Shown: positions 1 through 11,500 of the stretch, one piece after another
Numbering within the stretch: the stretch's first letter is position 1
Layout of the letters: each line of letters begins with the position of its first letter
DNA from: Azolla caroliniana
Taxonomy: Eukaryota > Plantae > Polypodiophyta
Assembly: GCA_043228905.1 (NCBI GenBank)
Contig: JBHGNT010000018.1
Location: 16,802,001 to 16,866,000 of the forward strand
Reading direction: 5' to 3'
DNA length: 64,000 nt
Notes under the pieces: model-generated
Told to the model about the DNA's origin: nothing
The model's database searches: none
The model's input: the letters and a program-made list of their open reading frames with translations, nothing else
Position numbers and translations under genes: made by a program

Positions 1-1501
1 GAAGATTGACAGCACCTTGGTCTTCAACACGAAAACCCATAACTTCCAGCTATGGTCATCAATGAAGGTCACAAAATATTGTGAACTAGCATGTGACTTT
101 GTATCTACATAATATACATATGTATGCGCGAGTTCTAGCGTTGTCTTCTTCCTCATCGGGGTCCTGGGACGGAAGGAGGCCCTATTCTACTTGCCGACCA
201 AGCAATCGGTGCATTTGTCAAGATGCACATCAAGAAAATTCTTCTAGAAGTGCCTCGGGTTCCCACAATAGAAGCATGTGGGCCTTCCTCTTGACTTCGA
301 CCTTGTTTTGGACTTGTCCCGGTTCTAGGGACTTCTCTACCGGCCTCTTCCTCAGTTTGAGTCACCTTTTTTGTCCAGGGCCTTTGGGTCAATAACAGAT
401 TCTCTATCCTTTCGGCGAGCTTCCTTATTTAATAATCTCGACTTCACCTTCTCCAAGGATAGATGCTTCAGGTATTGCCCAATGTGACAACGAGCGTCTT
501 CAAGTTGTCCAGAAGGGATCCAGAGAGGTACCTCGTCAACAATGCTAATACCTCGTCAACAAGAGGTACTTCTAGAGAGGTGGTTTGATTTATCAGTCCT
601 TGGAAGGCATTTAGGTGCTCTGCCATGCTTGAGCGATCTCGGTACCGCAGTCTCATGATATTCCGGAAGACTGACACTCTATTAACGATGTTTTTGTTCT
701 CAAACATAACGCCGATCTTCTTCAACGGGACATCTTCCTTTGTCTCTTCATTGAAATTGTTATATAGACTCATTTCTATAAAACACCTAATGTAAGTTGT
801 TGCCTTCAGATGCATAACCTCCTAGGTCGATGCATCGCTCTTGTTTAGCTTTGCATCTCCGTACTACACCGGCATCATGTCCCTCAACTTCGACTTCCAA
901 ACATAATAGTTTGAGCCGATTAGCTCGAACATTCCTCTGAGGTGTTCGTCCATTGATCTAATACCAGTTTGTTGCGGAATATGTAGTCGGCCACAACCGG
1001 TCAACACGTGCAAATGAGAGACGCAAAAATCAAGACAACAATGAACAAGAAAAGTACAGAGACACAAGAACTTTTAATGTGGAAAACCCTGAATGGGAAA
1101 AACTAGGGGAGTCTACAAACTCTAAACTATATCACTATAGTAAGAGGGAACACAAAGCCTTGAGCTCCTCTTCGTCTGATAACAATTACAACAGAGATTC
1201 CTAGTACTCACTAGTTACAACATCTACTACACTAGTTACAATGTTGTCATCTCACTCAAAATGATTTTCCCTAGGAGTATTTATACTAATACACACAATG
1301 GGCTATTTACACATATGGCTTGTCTTTGGCGTATCAAAACATATCTACAAATATGTTCTCATTCGGATACATCTCCAGATCTAACCGATCTGGGGCTCGT
1401 AGATCTTCATCCGGCTTTGGCACTCTTCCTATTCGGTTCCTGTTCTTCGATCTCCAATCCGATTTGTGCTCTTCCCATTTGGAGGGACCTGTTTCCTAAC
1501 A
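1..1501 (-). mobile_element. Ty1/copia LTR retrotransposon (family A), 5' part: 5' LTR 970-1501, degenerate tRNA-iMet PBS ~955-966, degenerate gag running off the window start
   Basis: On the minus strand the LTR starts TGTTAGGAAACA and ends GCAACA, followed by TGGTATTAGA. gag fragments MFELIGSNYYVWKSKLRDM / MHLKATTYIRCFI align with the gag of the element at 30448-35670. Stops and frameshifts present. Confidence 0.85.
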
Positions 1502-3513
1502 CAACCTAAGCTTCTCTCTTAGATAGTTTGTTTTGAAGTACCAGTTGTAGTTGTACTTTGGTCCATGTAGATGACTTGTTGTGTTGCCACTCTTGTGTTG
1601 TGGGTTGGGCTGTTGAGAAGAGTCAGCACGTCCGAAAAAGTGACTCTTCTTAGTTCAATCGGTCTTTCGGCCGCCTTGTGCATCTCTGACCCATTGAAGA
1701 CAAAGTCCGAACTTCAAATGACTTGTCGAGTCTCTAGGTTCCACAGGCAACCGCATACGTCGTCAGGTCACAGAGGCAGGTCCTCGACTCATTGAAGTTG
1801 CCTCAGGTCCATAACCTAAGAAAATGCATTTTCTTGACATGGGCTTGAGCTTTCGGTGTTCATCTTTCTATATAAGCGCATACACATCATAGCGGAAAAT
1901 CCACAACTTTCCATAATCAGGTCACTTGCCAGTCCAAAGCTCTTGCGGAATTTGAAGTCCAAGAGGCCTGCTTGGTGGCATATTTATAATATGTATTGTA
2001 GTGGACAATGCCTCAATTCAAAAACCATCTGAAAGTTCGGCATGATGCAACATGGAAACAATTCGCTCCTCAATTGTTTGGTTCATGCGTTTTGGAATCC
2101 CATTTTTCTCGGGGATGTATGGAGTTGTGTACTCTTGTTTGATGCCACGTTGCTGGTAGAATCTGATGAATTCGTCCGATTTGTATTCTCTACCATTATC
2201 CGACCGTAAGCATTTCAACTTTCGGTCGGTCTGGTTTTCGACCATAGCAAGCCATTCCAAAAAGATTGTGAACATGCGATCTTTAGTTCTGGTCGGATAG
2301 ACCCACACCTTCCGAATCATGTCATCAATAAATGTGACGAAGTAGTACACACCACCGAGAGACTGATGTGGCATTGGGCCATAGATGTCTGAAAGGATTT
2401 AGTCGAGTAGGCTTGACTCTTTCGGCACGATCGTCAGGTGTGAGGTCATGGCTTGTTTGCCATACTGACATTGCTCACAAAATTGGCGGTCGGAGAAGGA
2501 GAGTTTAGGGATAATAGTCAACCCTAGATAGATGCATGATGCCGGCCTTGCTCAGGTGGCCGAGTCGTCCATGCCACAAGGACGATACAAGAATATTGAC
2601 CAAGAATATGTCACCCTCTCTAAGAATGATGTATAACGGGTAAAATGAATGTACCTTCGCCCCTCGTAAGCAGGAGGTTGCCTCTATGGAGTGTCTGCTG
2701 ACACGGATGCTGTCTTCATCAAGATGTCCCATTGAGATAAGCGGTAGTGTCAGTTCTGGGATGCGTTAGACGTTGAATTACCTAGCGGCAAGTTGAGCTC
2801 TATTGTGCTGATGCCGACAATGGCACATGTTATGAATTGCCGACTCATACCAAGTTGGCATTCTAAGCTGAATATTGCCAAAACTATGACCAATAGGGGT
2901 TACAAGAAAGGAGGCACTAACTCAAGAAGCCAACTCGTGGTTTCTTCGGTCTTATGAAAATCTTCTTATTCGACTGAATTTTCGATTATTAGGATGTTTA
3001 GGTCATCTGATAGGATTTCGACTGAAGGGCCGACAAAATTTACCCCCTTCAATCACGACACAGTGACATCAAATACATAGTTAGTAAAGATTAAACCTGC
3101 AACCTCACATCTACAAGATGCCATGCTCAACCATTTTGATATGAGCATGCATTTGTATATAATGGTTTAGTATTGTATAGTTTATCATATAGTACATTTC
3201 AGAATTAGAATATTCTAGTCATTAGTATACTCTAGAAATATTGTATGGCATATTCTAGAGATATTTCTCGAGTATATTATAGAGATTTTCAATCCTGGAA
3301 CATGTATAAATACTTGTAACCTCCTTGGTCCCTTTCAGGGATTCAACACCAGTCATTGACACATCAATCTAGTATTCTCGTTTCATTCCATCTTGTCTCC
3401 TTCTTCATCTATGTCTTCATGCTCTTGTGTTATTCCTAGCTTATTAAGTTCCACGCTTGTAGCCCCACCATCCGTGCTCCATCCGAGTTTGCACTTGGTG
3501 TGTTCGTGACAGT

Positions 3514-3524
3514 TTGAATCCCTT
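3514..3524 (+). promoter_or_regulatory. Putative self-priming primer-binding site (TTGAATCCCTT)
   Basis: Lies 2 nt after the 5' LTR. Exact reverse complement of AAGGGATTCAA (4986-4996; CAGGGATTCAA at 3336-3346), which begins ~31 nt after the start of TATAAATA. Does not begin with TGG as tRNA PBSs do. Confidence 0.7.
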
Positions 3525-4035
3525 CCAACTGGAAGCATCACCCCTCTTCGTTATCGGCTTTGCGTCTAGAGTTACCATCATCAACATCCTAGTCTTCGAC
3601 ATCATCTTTTTCAGCACCTCTTCGCCCAACCTTCATCGTAATCAAACTACTTGTTATCATTTATAAGTAACATTTTGCATCACAATTTTGGTGAGGATTG
3701 CTTTCGATTGCTCGCCTTCCCAATTTTGGTGGGGGTTACAACCGCTCACTTTCTTGGTGGGAATTGAATCATTGCTCGCTTGCACTCCATTTTCATTTTA
3801 GTTCAAGTCTCGTGCCACTTTCCTTTGGCGAGGACCGATTTCGATCACTCACTTTCTAGTTCCGGTGGGGGTCACAACTGCTCACTTTCCTTGTGGGGAT
3901 TGTGTCGGTTTCTCACTAGCGCAACCGTTTGTGCTGTGTTTTGGGTCAACCTTGGCTATTTACCCTCTCATAATGGAAGAAGTTGAGCCAACCGCTTCAC
4001 ATGCACTCCTTCTCCCGTTCTTGTTCCAGTTCCCA

Positions 4036-4620
4036 GTGAGGGCCACATGGTCGATCACTCCCGTTCGTGTTCCAGTTCTTGGTGAGCACCCCATGGTCGC
4101 TCACACCCATTTGTGTTCCAATTTCCAGTGAGGACCGCATGGTCGCTCACTCTCGTTTGTGTTCTAGTTCCCGTTGAGGACCGCTTGGTTGCTTACGCTC
4201 GTTCGTGTTCCTGGTGAGGGCCGCATGGTCGTTCATGCCCATTCGTGTTCCAGTTCCCGATGAGGGCCGCATGGTTGCTCACGCCTGTTCATGTTCTAGT
4301 TCATGTTCCCGATGAGGACCGCACATGATTGCTCACGTCTGTCGGTGTTCTAGTCTTCGGTGAGGGACGCATGGTCGCTCATGCCCGTTCATGTTACCGA
4401 TGGGGACGGCACATGGTCGCTCATGTCTGTCAGTGTTCTGGTCTTTGGTGAGGGCCACACATGGTCGCTCACACTTGTTGGGGTTCTAATCTCCGGCGAG
4501 GACCACATATGGTCGCTCACATCCGTCAGTATTCCAATCTCCGATGAGGACCGCACATGGTCGCTCACGCCCGTTGGTGTTCTAGTCTCCGGTGAGGAAA
4601 ACATATGATTCCTCATGCCC
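4036..4620 (+). repeat. Tandem array of ~13 units (period 40-52 nt, mostly 46-48) with core GTGAGGACCGC(AC)ATGGTCGCTCAC
   Basis: Unit starts read at ~4036, 4081, 4127, 4173, 4213, 4259, 4311, 4359, 4399, 4447, 4495, 4543, 4591. More diverged units at 3690-3920. Confidence 0.85.
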
Positions 4621-4715
4621 ATAGTGCTCCAATTCCCGTCTACCCCTACACCACACTTTCGAAATAGGGGTCGTAAAGCGGAGGATAATATCATGATATA
4701 GTGACGTCAAATACG

Positions 4716-4790
4716 TAGTTAGTGAGAATTGAACTTGTAACCTCACATCTACAAGATGTCTTGTTCAACCATTTTGATATGAACATGCAT
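4716..4790 (-). other. tRNA-like (A-box/B-box, TGT anticodon loop) cassette antisense within U3 of the LTR; second copy at ~3078-3150
   Basis: Minus strand reads TATCAAAATGGTTGAACAAGACAT-CTTGTAG-ATGTG-AGGTT-ACAAG-TTCAATT-CTCAC. The other LTR copy reads ..GGTTGAGCATGGCAT-CTTGTAG-ATGTG-AGGTT-GCAGG-TTTAATC. Confidence 0.55.
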
Positions 4791-6499
4791 TTATATATAA
4801 TAGTTTATTCTATAGTCTAGCATATATACATTTCAGAATCAGAATATTCTAGTCATTAGTATATTCTAGAAATATTGTATAGCATATTCTAGACGAGTAT
4901 ATTCTAGAGATATTTCTCGAGTCTATTCTAGAGATATTCAATCTCAGAACATGTATAAATACTTGTAACCTCCTTCATCCCTTTCAAGGGATTCAACACC
5001 AGTCATTGACGCATCAATCTAGTATAATTCTCATTTCATTCCATCTTGTCTCCTTCATCTCTATCTTCATGCTCTTGTGTCATTCCTAGCTTATTAAGTT
5101 CCACGCTCGTAGCCTCATCATCCGTGCTCCATCCAAGTCCGCAGTTGGTGTGTTCGTGACACGTTCGGCCGACCGCTCTTTTGCTTGTTTCACTAAGCTT
5201 TTTCATTTTTGGCCTTGAGGGCACGACATTTGGCGTTGATGTGTCCATGTTTCTTGCAGTAATTGCATATCCAGGTGTTCCTGGACTTACCTTCACCTCT
5301 GGCATTAGTCGGATGTCGGGAATAACTTTTTCCTTGATTGTTAGGTTGGTTGGCCGAACTTTCTACCATGAACGCATCGCTTGCCGACTCATGTACAAAC
5401 GTTTTACTCTAAGCGTCTTCTGACAAGATGGAGCTCGTCATCTCGGAGTACTTGATGACACTAGTCAATGTGTTGCACACAGTAGTTATGAAAGTTTCAC
5501 ATGACGGGGGGAGATTGCTCATTAGCAGGAGAGCCTTTAGCTCATCATCAATTGTCGAAATTTGGGAGCTAATGCTTTCGTACTCATTAAGATGTGCCTG
5601 GACTGAATTGGATTCTTTCATCCAAAGATTGTAAAGGGGCCAAACTAGAAAAATCTTCGTGGCAGCCACCTTCTTTCTAGTATGTTGTCGAATACGATTG
5701 CACCATATAGTAGATTGATTCGGATAGGTGCATCCAAATGATGCATGAACAATCCGTTCCAATTTCATCCACTCATTTGGCTTATATTGATTAGGAACAT
5801 TTTCATTCTGAAATTTGGGAGTATGTGTTGTGTGCATACATACATATACACATATATGCTCCACATTCACAAGCTTGTAAACTCATATATACACATATTC
5901 AAATATATACACACAACACGTACACATACACTTAATCATATACTTAAACCTATGTATACATACGTGTATGCACGTGTACACTTACATACTTTTACACATG
6001 ATTAGTAATAATAGTCATTCATATGTATGCACACATATATAAATGAAATACATAACCTACACTTACCCCTTAGTACATGGAGAAACCACTCGTAAATACA
6101 CACACTCTTGCACACGAATAAATACACACTTAAGTAAGCACATGATTTGATTGTATTAAACAACTATTCATATGAACAGTTGCACTAGCAAGAGGAAAAT
6201 CATTTTCATCATCTCCTTTTTTCTTGGTTTATGTCCTTGCTGCTCCTTGGTTTAGGAACTTCATACATCAAGACGTAAAAGCACTTACCTCTCTAGTATA
6301 TACAATCACAAGAGCTTTACAAGTGTCTTAAGTTAGTATAAAATCAACATGCCCCTAATCACGAATTAAGGAATATGATTATCTTAATTAAATAAATAAT
6401 TATGACATAAGCAACATACAAGTTGTCTCAATTAAATAAATGAATATATCAATTAATTGGTGTGGAAAGGCTACATAGAGAAAAGTGGCTCTTAGTGGA

Positions 6500-7330
6500 T
6501 GCAAATGGGAGAGAATGAGGATCAAAAGGTTGCCCCAATTTGGGTACCCAAAAGCACTTTTTATATGAGATTGCTTGCCAGATTATGCAAATTAGAAGCC
6601 CTAGAGGGTTCCTACACTAGAAGCCCATTGCCCATTAACAATTACTATTTAATAAAGCGTAGGTCCCCACGAATTACAATATGCCTTGTTTCTTACATAC
6701 CTTTGGCAAACATGGGTTGATTGGTGTTTAAGGACCAAGGTGTTAAACTCTTTTTTATAAGTGACAACTAACCTCTTGTAGCATTATTCCATTGAGTCTC
6801 TTCAATGGTTATCACGTTATGCTAAATAAAAATGGAAGGTAAGTCACATGATTATGTATGGTAGCATATCTTTAGACATATTTGGCATTCTAAACTATTG
6901 CTTGTAGCAAAGGTCTTAATTTCGAGAGTATTGGATTGCAATATTCAAGTGAAAGATAGTAGTCATTATTCCATACAACGTTCAATTGTTCATGAAATTT
7001 GGGGTTACATTTAATAACCATGTCCACACAAGGTTTGGAAGCCAAATTGATCATATTGCTAAGGTTTAGTGGGCAAGCCTTGTAGGTCAAGTGAAAGGGG
7101 AGAAAATGTATATTAGCCTAATAGGTTAGATTTTAGGATATTTTGAGAATAGGTAGAACAAAATGCTTCCATAAAAATGAGGTTAATGGATATTAGAGAA
7201 CATTGTCTACTATTAGGCAATTGTTGTAGGCATATGTCGATGCCATTGCAATACTTCATTCACCTTATCATGAATATTACTATCAGGTCTCCTTGTGTAT
7301 ACTTTTTTCCTTATGTTATATGTTTCTTAT
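6500..7330 (-). mobile_element. Highly degenerate LINE (L1-like) ORF2 remnant
   Basis: Only scattered residues resembling the region upstream of RT (QGD.., LSLEY.NPILSKLRPLLQAIV). Many stops. Confidence 0.3.
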
Positions 7331-8013
7331 CTTCTAGCATTTTCCCATAAGTTTTCTCCCGAGAAAAAGAATAAATAAACATGTATGCTTATTTGTTATG
7401 CATTTATAAGCATTATACATGCCATAATTTCCCAAATATTATGCATTACTCCATAAATTCGATGACATGATGTAGTGTAAGTCAATTAAGTGTCTCAAAA
7501 AACTTTGTTGTTAAGATGAACTCTTAGCACTGGTCCTTAATCTAGGAGGATCAAGTTTAATTGTACTAGGCTTTGCACCACTACATTTTATTTCCATATT
7601 TAAAATTTGAGTTACGAAAATTTAGTAGTATAAGTTAATGTGTCTAGATGAAGTTTTATAGGATTTACGACATTAGCTTTCACTACTGCATTAATATGAA
7701 CATATCCCCTTCATAGTATTGACATACAAAAACCACATATAATTTTTTGTGAATGAAGATCCATTTGCAAGAACATAAACCTTTTCGATGGTATTGTCAA
7801 TTTGTAGCATGCAAATTTTCAACATGAGTACATATATAATCACAAATATTGTTTATAATACTTCTCACCAAGGCATGTAGTTTTTAGAGTGTGCTAATGT
7901 TATCTCATATTGACATTTGCCACTGAGATAATTATATGTGTAATCTTGAGTCTTAGTTCCTCTTTTTGTTGTGTGGCAAGGCAATCATTCTTAGTACAAT
8001 CATGTAAAAAAAA

Positions 8014-8574
8014 TCAAAATCTTTGTTGTCCAAGGTGATAAAGCTCATCATCATGCCATAGATCATCATGGTGATCATTACTCAATGTGTTGTGAAAACT
8101 TGAAGCCTTTTGACCATAATCTACATACACATCCCCTCTCTTTAAATTATTGTAACTCCCCAAATGGGATGATTTTGTAGGGTGATGATCTTGGGATCCA
8201 CTCATTTGCAATATATGTGTTGGTATATGATACACAAGGGGAAGTTGGTCATCACAACAACTATTCGAACTACCATCCACGGTGGTGTTTGAAATTCTAG
8301 TATTGGTTGATGACCCTAATGTTGTATTCTCAGAACTGTTGAATGCATGGGATGATTCAGGAGATGAATTATCGCAAGCCCCCTCTTCAATTATTGATTC
8401 AGGACCAGGTGAGCACTCTGATATTAATGGATTGAATGGAACCATAGATAATTTGCCATTACTCTTCCCTGGTTCAATATTGTCCATAGTTTTGGTGATT
8501 CTCTCTTGCTCCTCTATAATACTTTGTAAATATCTCCCTTGAGCTTCTATTCTTAGTTGTAGTTGCCTTTGTAC
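8014..8574 (-). CDS. MYB-CC gene exon 6 (561 nt, includes TGA stop)
   Basis: CATAG acceptor, [23 protein letters not shown], in frame with ORF 8014-8487. Confidence 0.92.
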   Translation of the reverse strand, partial: VQRQLQLRIEAQGRYLQSIIEEQERITKTMDNIEPGKSNGKLSMVPFNPLISECSPGPESIIEEGACDNSSPESSHAFNSSENTTLGSSTNTRISNTTVDGSSNSCCDDQLPLVYHIPTHILQMSGSQDHHPTKSSHLGSYNNLKRGDVYVDYGQKASSFHNTLSNDHHDDLWHDDELYHLGQQRF

Positions 8575-11500
8575 CTATGCAAGAGAAGGTTGTTCCCAAG
8601 ATAAATCCATATGTTCATTCATATATTATGCGAAATGCATAAAAAGGTGAATAATAAAGAAGATTTGACATAAAAACATAATACATGTACATGTCTAACT
8701 CAAAGTGATGATTACCAATGTGAATGAAAACTTAATCACAAAAACGCACAATGATGTGGAAAGGTTTTGCTTAGTCATCATGTTTAATGCAATTGTATGA
8801 TATAAAGAATGTCAATCAAAATATATGAAGTGTACGATTAAGATTGTGAATGAAAATGCATATATTAATCCTAAAAATGCAAATCAATGTGGAAACACGT
8901 TCAGTCGTGATAGTCAGTCGTGATTTGTACAATATGAAGCATGTTGACCATATAATATGAAGGTGACAACATATCATTATTCAGATATAGTGAATTTATC
9001 ATCATGTAGGTGATGTTAATATTTAAACATACCTCAAGCTGGTCTTGCAATCGTCTTTGAACTTCCATATGCACTTGGAGAGTTTCTGTTAAATGCATAC
9101 CCCTACAATTCGTGGACAACATAAATATGAATTATGCTCCAAATCACAAGTGGTACATGAATATGTATAATCACATATACGATGCACATTTATGAACTTA
9201 CGATGGTCCGGATTGATCCGCCACTTCCATATTAACCATTTCCAAGCTCTTTCTCTTGTCAAACTTTCCTGTTGATTTTTCAAAAGAGGAAATGTTTGGT
9301 AGTAGTAAAGAAGAAACTTATTGTGTGTTGACACCGATACACAATTACCAACTGATTAAAAGTTTATTTCAAGGCCATATTGGCATCAACATACATACCA
9401 ACTTGATTTGCATCATGCATGTACTTTGCGAGTCGAAATTTCTGCCAAATGAATGTATAACCAATGTAAGCTAGTATTGCATGGGAATTGGTGATGTAGC
9501 TTACTACACACATAGGCATGGTCATAATTTATTAGTAAATTACCTGCAAATGGCTCTTGACATGGTAGATTGTTAAACCTGGTACTCCCATCACTTTAAG
9601 TATGCCTTTTGGTGTAGCTCCTATATAATCACAATACATAATAAACCATGGATAAGTGCTTTCCTTTTATATTCTATCCCAAACCCTTTGTTAACTATCT
9701 TAATCCATTCATTTGCATTGATTAATAATTCCATTCAACGTATTATTAACTTGTCCAATAATATGTTACACTTAGTTGTTCTCAGCCAAGATGTAGGGTT
9801 TTCAAGAAACCAGTTGTTGATGCTTCATAAGGTAAGGATATGCTAATGTTTTAAAAGGTATGGCATTTCTTTGAAAGATGTCGATGTTTTGAAGATTATT
9901 GATTAGAAAAATGTGGATCATGTTTTGCAAAGGGGATCCAATAGGCCATGTAGATTCAACCATATAAGAAATATTGTCCCCTAAGTGGCTAGTGATGCAG
10001 ACTTCCTAAGTCTCAATATCTACTTTACACACGCACATGGAGATAGAGTGTAATGTTTGTCACCACATAGGTTACCCTATCTCACTCTTGCAAAGTTGAC
10101 TTGGATATCACATACAATTCTAGATAATTTTGTGTATTGGCACTATGAAGTGTGTTTGGTACAATAATAGTCAATGTGGTTTGGGCAATAATGATTTTTG
10201 TCAGTGCTACCATGGACAACCAAAATAACTTAATCGATCCGGCTTTTCTACTAAAGAATATAATGAGGAACAAACAACTGAGACTAGGGATGACTTGGGT
10301 TTCATTGAGTTATTCGTGTATCCAACTAAATTTGGAAAAAACATATAATTGCCAAAGTTCAACCCCTAAAAAGGCGTGCATGTGTTTGTCAACGTGTGTA
10401 AGATCTCAAGCTTGGATGAATATATCATTCGATTTTATAAAAAATAATGGTAGATGCCATAGGAAACAACGATAAAATTTCATGATGGCACACTATCAAA
10501 AGTGCTAAGCTATTGAAATGCTCAAAATAATTATGTCAACACATGGTCTTGCCCTAACAACAAGGATTAGATTGGTCAAGTGGCCATTGCTAACGCGATG
10601 ATTGCATATTAATTATTTGTGTGCTTAGGGATTTTGCATTTGGATAATTGTACAAAATGCAATTTTAGAGTAATGTAGGTAGGTCATGGTCTTTATAATA
10701 ATCCAAACAAGGTTTCATATAGCTCTCGGATATAATCATATCTCACAATAAGTTTTCAACATCCCCTATTCTAGTGGCCATGATTCCAAACTTGGTTGTA
10801 TAGGCAAAGTGGAAAGGCTGATTATTTCATAGACAAAAATGAATATTCCTTGTGCATAATCTGACACATTACCATATAATGTATATGATGGTGGCATCAA
10901 GTGTTGGATGTAATGGCAAGCTCAATGTGTTCCATTTTGTGCAAAAGTGTTTCTTTGGTAGGCAATGGTGGTAGAGCTACCTCTCATGGTGGCTTTAAAA
11001 TGCCAAGACATTTGAAATGGGATAAATTTTTTCTATACAATGACTTGAGAAGGATGTGAGCCATTGATTCCTTACTTGCCTTAGAGTCAATAAACCGTGA
11101 TTGTTATGTCATGAATGTGGGCTTTGTTTATTGGAAAACCATTGTCACCTTTTCAATGGGTTTGTTACCCTTCCCATCATATAAGCATGTGTTTGACTAT
11201 GTTAAATATTGGGGCCTATGTTACAATTGAAGTATGAGAAATGGGTTTTTGTTTGATGATATCCATAGAGTACCACAACATGTACATTGTTGTAAAAGAA
11301 AATTGATTTCACTCTTTTCACAACCAAGCTCTAAGGGCATCTTTGTCCTCGGAGGAGTTACCTTTATGTCACTTAGTCTAAACAACACGTTAGAGACTTT
11401 ACCTTGTCTATTACATCTATTGCGTCGTAGGCTAGGATTGCATTAATCTTCACTTTTGTAGGTTGGACGTAGCAATATTTGTTTTATATTGGATCCATGT

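Larger units (their letters stand above)
3051..5161 (+). mobile_element. Non-coding, non-autonomous LTR element (TRIM/LARD-like, probably chromovirus-derived): LTRs 3051-3511 and 4689-5161, internal ~1.18 kb with tandem hairpin repeats
   Basis: Two ~460-470 bp direct repeats ending TGTTCGTGACA. Flanks CCTTC / CGTTC (4/5 TSD match). PPT-like GGAGGATAA abuts the 3' LTR. No retroelement protein similarity recognised internally. Confidence 0.85.
1502..5795 (-). mobile_element. Degenerate Ty1/copia internal region (family C: gag 5162-5795; pre-integrase and integrase 1502-3050), split by the insertion at 3051-5161
   Basis: ORF 5409-5870 has UBN2-type gag (AHLNEYESI..DDELKALLLMSNLPPSCETF). 2505-2732 has LWHGRLGHLS. 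2018-2374 has the integrase core YYFVTFIDD..KLKCLRSDNGREY..PEKNG. Confidence 0.8.

Noticed and set aside
4036-4620. CRISPR-like appearance (palindromic repeats with spacers)
   Set aside because: The linkers are homologous to each other rather than unique, there are no cas genes, and the context is a eukaryotic LTR element.
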